A stretch of DNA of 43,452 nucleotides from a virus (Duplodnaviria; Caudoviricetes): positions 1 through 43,452 of IMG/VR virus record IMGVR_UViG_3300012942_000071. The stretch is one strand, 5' to 3'. Position 1 is the first letter of the stretch; each line of letters opens with the position of its first letter. The notes under the pieces were generated by a model. It searched no databases, was not told where the DNA came from, and saw only the letters and a program-made list of their open reading frames with translations. The translations under genes were made by a program, and so were the position numbers. Positions 17,406 through 23,389 of the stretch are shown here, piece by piece.

Positions 17406-17560
17406 GTAGGAGCGTAGCGATTGGTGACGTTATTTCCGCTCGCTTTCCCCCACGGTGTGATCAACTCACCGTCCCGCCTACCAACTGTCCGCATAGGGGC
17501 GGGAGAACGCAACATTCACTACACAGCTTCGTGACGCGGTGTAAACAACACTTCATCTAC
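17406..17560 (-). ncRNA. Unknown structured RNA D
   Basis: TCCCGCC/GGCGGGA, ACGGTG/CACCGT and long closing helices in a ~175-nt gap. Confidence 0.5.
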
Positions 17561-17563
17561 GCG

Positions 17564-17650
17564 CGGGCTGTAAGGGATTCGAACCCCCACGTGATATCAC
17601 TACCACATCAACGTTTTCAAGACGCATAAGTACACCAAATACGACAGCCC
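17564..17650 (-). tRNA. tRNA-Ser(TGA)
   Basis: Loop CT-TGA-AA; long variable arm; GGGCTGT/ACAGCCC-G. Confidence 0.85.
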
Positions 17651-17656
17651 ATATTA

Positions 17657-17692
17657 AATTGAAAGCCCCCCGAATTTTGTTCGGAGGGCTTG
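17657..17692 (-). terminator. Terminator hairpin inside tRNA array
   Basis: AAGCCCTCCGAA-CAAAA-TTCGGGGGGCTT then TCAATTT. Confidence 0.75.
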
Positions 17693-17778
17693 TTTCAACA
17701 CAGAAAGGAGGTTTTATGCCACACCAAAGCAACGGACTGTAATGCTGCCCGTATTCTGTCGCTTCGATGTTTGCATGA
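17657..17778 (-). ncRNA. Candidate ~120-nt sRNA with anti-Shine-Dalgarno motif (contains leaderless 20-codon ORF 17714-17776)
   Basis: Bounded by promoter and terminator; contains ACCTCCTTTCT. Confidence 0.55.
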
Positions 17779-17782
17779 GTAT

Positions 17783-17812
17783 ATCTTACCACACTTTCTT
17801 TCCTTGTGTCAA
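17783..17812 (-). promoter_or_regulatory. SigA-type promoter TTGACA-N18-TAAGAT with TG extension
   Basis: Near-consensus; same TGTGGTAAGAT as at 19284-19294. Confidence 0.8.
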
Positions 17813-17814
17813 CG

Positions 17815-17896
17815 TAGCCCAACCGAGATTCGAACTCGGAGCAAATAAATGCACAGGGTCTAAGCCTGCTGCGTGAACCAGTTTCGCCATTGGGCC
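17815..17896 (-). tRNA. tRNA-Leu(TAG)
   Basis: GCAGG-CTTAGAC-CCTGT; long variable arm. Confidence 0.9.
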
Positions 17897-17897
17897 G

Positions 17898-17971
17898 TAG
17901 CTAGTGTGGGATTCGAACCCACAGCATTAGATGTTTTGAATATCTATGGTCTACCAGTTGCCTAACCAGCC
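17898..17971 (-). tRNA. tRNA-Leu(CAA), short variable region
   Basis: Loop TT-CAA-AA; D arm GGCAACTGGTAGACC; A73. Confidence 0.8.
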
Positions 17972-17972
17972 G

Positions 17973-18044
17973 TGTCCACTAGAAGAATCGAACTTCTGCG
18001 CACCGGGCTTCAACCGGTTGCTCTACCAACTGAGCTAAGAGGAC
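17973..18044 (-). tRNA. tRNA-Phe(GAA)
   Basis: ACCGG-TTGAAGC-CCGGT; TAGCTCAGTTGGTAGAGC. Confidence 0.9.
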
Positions 18045-18049
18045 GTACG

Positions 18050-18121
18050 TGGGGCAGGTAGGAGTCGAACCTACTCACGATAGATTTACAGTCTAAGTCC
18101 TGAGAACCGCCAGACTACCCC
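18050..18121 (-). tRNA. tRNA-Tyr(GTA), short variable region
   Basis: TAGA-CTGTAAA-TCTA; GGGGTAG/CTGCCCC-A. Confidence 0.8.
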
Positions 18122-18122
18122 G

Positions 18123-18193
18123 TATCGCCACGGAGAATTGAACTCCGAATAGCAGGTTGAGAACCTGCCGTTTTACCATTAAACTATGGCGAC
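18123..18193 (-). tRNA. tRNA-Glu(CTC)
   Basis: GCAGG-TTCTCAA-CCTGC; canonical. Confidence 0.9.
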
Positions 18194-18194
18194 G

Positions 18195-18267
18195 TACTCC
18201 GTGCCGGATTCGAACCGGCGATATCCAGGGTGAAAACCTGGGAGATTAACCACTATCCTAACGGAGC
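18195..18267 (-). tRNA. tRNA-Glu(TTC)
   Basis: CCAGG-TTTTCAC-CCTGG; canonical. Confidence 0.9.
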
Positions 18268-18268
18268 T

Positions 18269-18343
18269 TGGCGATCTAGACGGGTAACGATCCCGCTTCC
18301 CCCGCGCTGACAACGCGGTGCTTGTCCTTTCAGCTTCTAGACC
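18269..18343 (-). tRNA. tRNA-Asp(GTC)
   Basis: CCGCG-TTGTCAG-CGCGG; G73, CCA; T loop ATCGTTA. Confidence 0.85.
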
Positions 18344-18355
18344 AAACTATTTAAT

Positions 18356-18431
18356 TGGGGTGACTGGTGGGATTTGAACCCACATCTTCCTGGCTCACAA
18401 CCAAGCTATCTAACCATTGAACTACAGCCAC
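18356..18431 (-). tRNA. tRNA-His(GTG)
   Basis: CTTGG-TTGTGAG-CCAGG; C73, CCA. Confidence 0.9.
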
Positions 18432-18433
18432 AG

Positions 18434-18508
18434 TCCGGATGGGAGGATTCGAACCTCCGACCTTAAGCTTCCAAAGCAAACGACCTAACCAAACTAGCCC
18501 ACACCCGG
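18434..18508 (-). tRNA. tRNA-Pro(TGG)
   Basis: Loop TT-TGG-AA; CCGGGTG/CATCCGG-A; weak anticodon stem. Confidence 0.8.
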
Positions 18509-18515
18509 TTGATTC

Positions 18516-18594
18516 TGGCTTTCGCCCCCTGTATAAACACGTTTCGACACTCGTGTTAGATGCTCTTGGTCAGCCAAGACTATTAAGGGAGCCA
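18516..18594 (-). ncRNA. Unknown structured RNA E (three-way junction)
   Basis: TGGCT/AGCCA and CCCT/AGGG enclosing TCTTGG-CTGA-CCAAGA and AACACG-N10-CGTGTT. Confidence 0.5.
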
Positions 18595-18619
18595 CCCGCC
18601 ATAATATTCAATTTTCAAG

Positions 18620-18693
18620 TTGCAGAGGCGGGAATCGAACCCACGTAGTCGGCTTATGAGGCCGCGCCGGAACCGCCTCCGGTCTACTCTGCA
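18620..18693 (-). tRNA. tRNA-Met(CAT)
   Basis: CGGC-CTCATAA-GCCG; TGCAGAG/CTCTGCA-A; Met vs Ile2 identity not resolvable by eye. Confidence 0.85.
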
Positions 18694-18698
18694 ATACG

Positions 18699-18771
18699 TG
18701 GACCTGACGTGGATCGAACACGCTACCTCCTGTGTGCAAGACAGGCGTCATACCATTATGACTTCAAGCCC
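18699..18771 (-). tRNA. tRNA-Ala(TGC)
   Basis: CCTGT-CTTGCAC-ACAGG; G3:U70; 5' end overlaps HNH stop. Confidence 0.9.
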
Positions 18772-19109
18772 AAACTGCGTTTCTGTTTCCAGTTACGCAT
18801 GTATTCATTTTTTCTAGTCTTGCAAGGATCACACTTGCAATTTCTTTTACCGCTTAACCCGCCGCCATGTTCTACACCATTATCGAGTTTAGATTTTTCG
18901 ATGTGGCAACGATGACAAAGTAACTGCAACTTTGAAATTTCATCTGTAATGTCTGCGTTGGTAATCTTTTTGCTTACATTAAAGTCTTTAGTTGCTGGAT
19001 CAATGTGATCAAATTCAAGGTTATTCACGGAGCCGCATTGATTACAAGCGCCACCTAGCTGTGTAATTACTTCTGCTCTTCGAGTATGATAACGCGCGTT
19101 ATAATCCAT
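18756..19109 (-). CDS. HNH endonuclease
   Basis: CNQC...LEFDHIDP...LQLLCHRCH; AGGAGG RBS before ATG 19109. Confidence 0.9.
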   Translation of the reverse strand: MDYNARYHTRRAEVITQLGGACNQCGSVNNLEFDHIDPATKDFNVSKKITNADITDEISKLQLLCHRCHIEKSKLDNGVEHGGGLSGKRNCKCDPCKTRKNEYMRNWKQKRSLGLKS

Positions 19110-19120
19110 CCAACCTCCTA

Positions 19121-19148
19121 GCACTCTACCAATTGGAGCTAATGACCC
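19121..19148 (-). pseudogene. Orphan 5' tRNA fragment (Ala-like)
   Basis: GGGTCAT-TA-GCTC-CAATTGGTA-GAGT running straight into HNH RBS. Confidence 0.7.
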
Positions 19149-19162
19149 ATATGTGATTTTAC

Positions 19163-19202
19163 TAGAAGAACCCCCCGGTAGTCAAGTCATACCGAGGGGT
19201 TC
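19163..19202 (-). terminator. Terminator-like hairpin upstream of tRNA array
   Basis: GAACCCCTCGGTA-N9-TACCGGGGGGTTC then TTCT. Confidence 0.7.
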
Positions 19203-19225
19203 CGTTTGATGGTTTTTCGGCGCGA

Positions 19226-19276
19226 CTATAGTTCCGGCTCGTAGGCCAGATCAAAGTGCGCCAAGTTCATCTTCAT
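19226..19276 (-). CDS. Candidate leaderless 16 aa peptide MKMNLAHFDLAYEPEL
   Basis: ATG 7 nt after -10 box. Confidence 0.35.
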   Translation of the reverse strand: MKMNLAHFDLAYEPEL

Positions 19277-19283
19277 GTCTTCT

Positions 19284-19313
19284 ATCTTACCACAATTTTG
19301 AGGGCTACGTCAA
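19284..19313 (-). promoter_or_regulatory. SigA-type promoter TTGACG-N18-TAAGAT with TG extension
   Basis: Near-consensus, at head of tRNA array. Confidence 0.8.
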
Positions 19314-19388
19314 CTACTGACAGGAGTCGCACTGTAGTAGGTCCATCGGGTCAACTGGTACGTCGTAGATATCTTCCTGGTCTTCCAT
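19314..19388 (-). CDS. 24 aa acidic CxxC peptide MEDQEDIYDVPVDPMDLLQCDSCQ
   Basis: GAAAGGA RBS and own TGCTAAGAT promoter (~19420-19428). Confidence 0.7.
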   Translation of the reverse strand: MEDQEDIYDVPVDPMDLLQCDSCQ

Positions 19389-19438
19389 AGATTCCTTTCA
19401 AATTTTGGGATGAAGTTCTATCTTAGCACAGAACCTAC

Positions 19439-19467
19439 TTGAAAAAACTTAACAAAACTGGTAAGAT
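19439..19467 (+). promoter_or_regulatory. Promoter TTGAAA-N17-TAAGAT for leaderless + strand gene
   Basis: ATG 19474 lies 6 nt after -10; divergent from promoter at ~19420. Confidence 0.7.
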
Positions 19468-19473
19468 ATTTAC

Positions 19474-19674
19474 ATGCTAAAATCATCCACACATCACATT
19501 TACTGGGCCACCGTCCGCGATCAAAACAAGCGCGTTACCTACTTTGAAATGGAAGAGGTTGCTGACGGTAAATGGTCCGTCGTTCTAGATGATCGAGAAG
19601 TTACCGTTAAGATTGACTCTCAGAATCCGTGGCGGATTCTTCAAGCTGCTCTAAACGCTCAATTTCCCATCTAA
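19474..19674 (+). CDS. 66 aa hypothetical protein, lone + strand gene in - strand arm
   Basis: Dedicated promoter; overlaps convergent gene end. Confidence 0.65.
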   Translation: MLKSSTHHIYWATVRDQNKRVTYFEMEEVADGKWSVVLDDREVTVKIDSQNPWRILQAALNAQFPI

Positions 19675-19840
19675 GATAGTCCATAGCTTTACGCATGTCA
19701 GCCAACTCGTGCCCCTTGTATGGAGCACGCATGACGTACTTGATTATGTTACCGCGTAGAAATGTCTCATACCTAGTGATTTGAATAGGCTCAATACCAC
19801 TAGGATGAGACATATAATGCCTTACTTTAGGATTCCCCAT
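19607..19840 (-). CDS. DUF3310 (SaV-like / T7 gp1.7-like) protein
   Basis: HYMSHPSGIEPIQI...FLRGNIIKYVMRAPYKG...DMRKAMDYL. Confidence 0.8.
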   Translation of the reverse strand: MGNPKVRHYMSHPSGIEPIQITRYETFLRGNIIKYVMRAPYKGHELADMRKAMDYLRWEIERLEQLEESATDSESQS

Positions 19841-20027
19841 CGCCGTCCAGGAACTCTAGAATGTCTTCAAGGGCATCCTTATAGCCTTCAAAATGTCCGG
19901 CCATAACCGCGTACCCGTTAGACGAATACGGTGAATCCTTGGCTTGGGCGCGGAGACTGGTAATACGTTCCTGTGTTTCCTTAAGTTCCTTGTTGATATG
20001 CGTCGTTAGTTGCTTGACGGTTGCCAT
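19827..20027 (-). CDS. Hypothetical protein
   Basis: GGAGG RBS, tight packing. Confidence 0.7.
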   Translation of the reverse strand: MATVKQLTTHINKELKETQERITSLRAQAKDSPYSSNGYAVMAGHFEGYKDALEDILEFLDGDGES

Positions 20028-20269
20028 AGTACCTCCGTGTCGTAGTTTAGGTTTGCAGAGTCGTAAGCACTATAAATTGTACGCGCTACTACGTTTACCT
20101 TATTAAAGCGAGTGTTGCTTGATATAGACGTGATATTTTTGAGACTTTTAACTTTCTCTCGCTGCTCACCTTTGTATTTATAGTTGTGTATCCAAGTGAT
20201 ATCACCGCCTAGGTGAAGCGCACAAAGTTGTGCGGCGTATATCTTATCACCAACTAGTTCCATAGTCAC
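20006..20269 (-). CDS. Hypothetical protein
   Basis: ORF with AAGGA RBS, tight packing. Confidence 0.65.
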   Translation of the reverse strand: MTMELVGDKIYAAQLCALHLGGDITWIHNYKYKGEQREKVKSLKNITSISSNTRFNKVNVVARTIYSAYDSANLNYDTEVLWQPSSN

Positions 20270-20273
20270 TTCC

Positions 20274-21030
20274 TTATGAAAGATCAGCCCAACTACGGCC
20301 TACGCTGTAGTCTGCTAGGAACGGTACCTTATTACCGAAGATCATTTGTCCGGTAGCACGGAACTCGGATGCAACGTACTGACCTATCAGGTCTGCATCC
20401 TCTTCCGGGCCTTCAATCATTAGTGCGTCGTGCACAATGTTGAAGATGTGGTAGCCGTTATCTTTCAGTGCTTCATTTATTCTGATACCTGTTGTTAGGC
20501 AGATATCACTAGCCGTACTCTGAGGCAGGAATGATAGTGCTTCTCGCTGAACGTTAAACACGTTCTTAGATGTGATTACTTCCGACTGGAACTTACGTCC
20601 GAACGGGTTGATCAGCAAACTACGCTTCTCGGGCGCGGTGGCTGCCTCCATAACGTCAAGACGCCACTGCTGGAACTTAGCTGCCGTGTTCAGGTAGTTA
20701 TCGATGATAGCAGAAGCCTCTTTAGTTGGCAACTTAAGTGACCGTGCTATGGCTGGCGCTTGACGCCCGAATGCAAGACCATACTGGACAGCCTTGCACT
20801 TAGTACGATCCTCCTTGTGCCCCACCGGGTCTGCCGCCTTGTACTCTTCAATGGTGCCGAATTGCTCTATCTTTGAGGGAAAGCATACGGGCATCATGTA
20901 GGTGTCAAAGAAATCACCTGCACCTTCCTGTAGAGCCTCGATCATCCAAGGATCATCTGACAGCAGCGCCATGACTCGATAATCGAAGCTCTGCCTGAGA
21001 TAAGTCTGCGTTAATCAGGGTTAGAGCCAT
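20274..21030 (-). CDS. DNA polymerase family A, C-terminal subunit (motifs A, B, C); frame interrupted by 7 nt at 20976-20982
   Basis: NADLSQAELR (frame of 21030) joins VMALL...RTKCKAVQYGLAFG...PQSTASD...IVHDAL (frame of 20972); GGAAGGTGA RBS before 21030. Confidence 0.9.
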
Positions 21031-21048
21031 TTGAATCACCTTCCAATC

Positions 21049-21273
21049 TTATGCCTTATCGCTTGACACATATCGCGCCACATACACTAGGCGGCGTATG
21101 CACTCCTTACGAGCTTCAACGTGTAGCCTGCGCCAAAGACTCATCTTCGCAGTTATTTGCTTAGGCGGATAACCGTATCTATCGGCTATCTTTTGAAAAT
21201 GCCAAGCTTTCTTTAAAGTTTTGATGAACCTACGCTTAAGCTTTGGCGTTGATAAATCAATTGCTGCCTTCAC
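21049..21273 (-). CDS. Basic hypothetical protein between polymerase halves
   Basis: 74 aa ORF, overlaps upstream stop. Confidence 0.55.
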   Translation of the reverse strand: MKAAIDLSTPKLKRRFIKTLKKAWHFQKIADRYGYPPKQITAKMSLWRRLHVEARKECIRRLVYVARYVSSDKA

Positions 21274-21529
21274 GCGGAATCACCCCCATTCCGTTACAGT
21301 GCCATTCTCCGCCTGCGTCCCGCCAAAGTGCGTAACGCTTTTCAGCTAACTCTAGCTGCCATTTCTGACCACAACAAACACAAGCATAACCTAGGCCCCA
21401 ATCACCTAGCCAGCCAAAGAATGCACAGCCACAACTAGGACAAGGGGTGCGCGGAAAGTATCCTCTCCAACCTATTTGACCTTTACCATCATTTGTGTTA
21501 TTAGGGTCATACCTAACCGGTTCACTCAT
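21257..21529 (-). CDS. Zn-ribbon protein between polymerase halves
   Basis: CPSC...CVCC; GGAGG-like RBS. Confidence 0.6.
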   Translation of the reverse strand: MSEPVRYDPNNTNDGKGQIGWRGYFPRTPCPSCGCAFFGWLGDWGLGYACVCCGQKWQLELAEKRYALWRDAGGEWHCNGMGVIPREGSN

Positions 21530-21719
21530 CTTCCTCACCTTCCTCTCCATCATCGTCTTCGTCTGGTTCGTTCGGCACGAAGCCGATAACCTTAGTGTTG
21601 CTAGACAGATTCATTTCCTGTGCTAACTCTTGTAGTTCAGCCGGACCATCAGACAAGATACCCAATAGGACACGTCCAGAATCGTCAGCCTCGTACTCTA
21701 TAATGCTAAACTTTCCCAT
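21522..21719 (-). CDS. Small acidic protein between polymerase halves
   Basis: Acidic C-terminal tail; overlapping start/stop. Confidence 0.6.
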   Translation of the reverse strand: MGKFSIIEYEADDSGRVLLGILSDGPAELQELAQEMNLSSNTKVIGFVPNEPDEDDDGEEGEEDE

Positions 21720-22014
21720 TGTCCCGTTTCTGTCTAATTCGGTATGCTGCACGAATAAGGTTATCGTATGCTTGTTCTATTGTTAAGTATGGTGTCATCA
21801 GCAACGCGTTTACTGTACTTTTGAATTCATCTATTTCTTTTTCATCAAGCCCAAGCGTCATAGCAGCTAGAGCAGCGATTACAGCAAACTCTCCACCATA
21901 TGGTGCAGACGCCGGAACTTGCTGTCCGGCGTAGTAGTCAATATCATTCGCCGTAACAATGTACCCGCCACTGCTATAGAATGGAACCTCTGGAACCTCT
22001 GGAACCTTAGCCAT
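21706..22014 (-). CDS. Hypothetical protein between polymerase halves
   Basis: Overlaps stop of N-terminal polymerase gene. Confidence 0.65.
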   Translation of the reverse strand: MAKVPEVPEVPFYSSGGYIVTANDIDYYAGQQVPASAPYGGEFAVIAALAAMTLGLDEKEIDEFKSTVNALLMTPYLTIEQAYDNLIRAAYRIRQKRDNGKV

Positions 22015-23389
22015 GAGTACTCACAATCCCCCTTACCCGCTTATCACGCGGTAGATTCTGCACGTTCGGCTGAGTGGAGCTAAGTCTACCCGTGCTCGTG
22101 CCGTGCACTAGGAATGTAGGATGAATTCTACCATTGCGGGCTTGCTTACGCCAGCCGTTAGCATACGTACTACTGATCTTACTCTCCTTACGGTACGCTA
22201 ACAACGCCTCGCAGAAGCTGCGTACTACACCTGAGCTAACTTCCTTAAGCTGTGTAATAGTTTCCTCGTCAGTTGACTTCACCATGACTTGCTGCGACAA
22301 CAGCCACTTTTTAATCTGCTGCGGACTATTCGGATTAAACGATAGGTCGCCGGTTATTACTCGCATAGACGCATTAAGAAGGGCCATTTGATTCGCACAA
22401 GCGTTGGTAAGCTGTACGGCATAGTTGTCGTCAAATGGAATACCGTAGTTCTCCACATCAAGCAAAAAGCTTGCTGCCGACATTTCCAAGGCGAACGCTT
22501 TCTCATTATCGGCATCGTTTGCAATCTGCGGGGCTAGAAACTTATAAAGCTCCAACGTCCAGAACACGTCCCAGCCGTTGTACGCTACCAACTTATCGTA
22601 GGGTATAAGTTCATAATGTCCGCCGCCCTTAAGATACTTTCGCAATCCGGCTTCCCATTCCGGGGCACCAAGATAACGCTGCGCAAGAGCCTTAAGACCG
22701 TGCATACCTGCTGCAATGTTCAGCACATGGTGTGCCAACATTGTATCAAACCACACATCAAGCTTTACACCAAGAACTCGGTTAAGTACTCTCGTGTCGA
22801 ACTTGCCGTTGTGATATACAGCCTTGGTAAAGTTAGGCAAAAATACGCGTAGACCATCAAGCTGCCAATTGTTCAATGGCCTGGATTGATTATTTTCGGG
22901 GTCAGGATTAACGATAACCCTGGGATAGGCCATACCCTCTTGCCACACCGCCACGGAGATAATGTTTACCTCGTCAGGCGTATGCTCCGAACCTAGATTA
23001 CCATCAGTTTCAATGTCGATAGCAATGGGCTCATCTAGGGCCAATCGTCCCAGCAATACATCGGCGTCCACAGTTGCCACAGGTCGCTGAAACGGGGGCT
23101 CGATAAACCCCCCGATCACCCGCTCAATAGCCGCCGACAACACAGTTGCCGCGTTAGGCTTAGTCATAAGTTGCGCAATAGAATACGTTTCTACATGCTC
23201 CCAGCCGTCCTTGATCATGTCTGGCGACTTACCGAAACACAGTAGTTTCTTCTGTGTAGCGGCGTTAAGGTCTGTAGTAAACGAAATGGATGAGCCCTTA
23301 AAGGACTCATCCACAATAGTTCTAATGACTTCTGCTGCTCGCGGCGTCAAAGCGTCCGCTGAATGTATAGCAATGATGTAATCACTCAT
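22007..23389 (-). CDS. DNA polymerase family A, N-terminal subunit (3'-5' exonuclease, thumb, start of palm)
   Basis: AIDIETDG, YHNGKFD, FDTMLAH, YNGWD, TSTGRLSSTQPNVQNLPR then stop. Confidence 0.9.
   Translation of the reverse strand: MSDYIIAIHSADALTPRAAEVIRTIVDESFKGSSISFTTDLNAATQKKLLCFGKSPDMIKDGWEHVETYSIAQLMTKPNAATVLSAAIERVIGGFIEPPFQRPVATVDADVLLGRLALDEPIAIDIETDGNLGSEHTPDEVNIISVAVWQEGMAYPRVIVNPDPENNQSRPLNNWQLDGLRVFLPNFTKAVYHNGKFDTRVLNRVLGVKLDVWFDTMLAHHVLNIAAGMHGLKALAQRYLGAPEWEAGLRKYLKGGGHYELIPYDKLVAYNGWDVFWTLELYKFLAPQIANDADNEKAFALEMSAASFLLDVENYGIPFDDNYAVQLTNACANQMALLNASMRVITGDLSFNPNSPQQIKKWLLSQQVMVKSTDEETITQLKEVSSGVVRSFCEALLAYRKESKISSTYANGWRKQARNGRIHPTFLVHGTSTGRLSSTQPNVQNLPRDKRVRGIVSTHG

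Noticed and set aside
15945-18594. Theta/HDV-like or hammerhead ribozymes as the identity of the inter-tRNA elements
   Set aside because: I could not build the HDV double pseudoknot or find an intact CUGANGA...GAAA core by eye; not fully excluded without a descriptor search.
16313-18915. ORF-track ORFs overlapping the tRNA array on either strand
   Set aside because: They are shadows of tRNA genes without RBS or protein-like composition (except the HNH gene).
20983-20988. Simple +1 frameshift at CTT-C in the polymerase
   Set aside because: It would give ELDYRVM, inserting two residues in conserved motif A, whereas the 7-nt hop restores ELRVM exactly.
21031-22006. Group I intron or split intein joining the polymerase halves
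   Set aside because: The gap is fully occupied by coupled small ORFs; no intein termini or endonuclease; the C-terminal half has its own RBS and ATG.
21981-22006. Short tandem repeat TGGAACCTC
   Set aside because: In-frame 9-nt repeat encoding VPEVPEVP; not CRISPR-like or regulatory.
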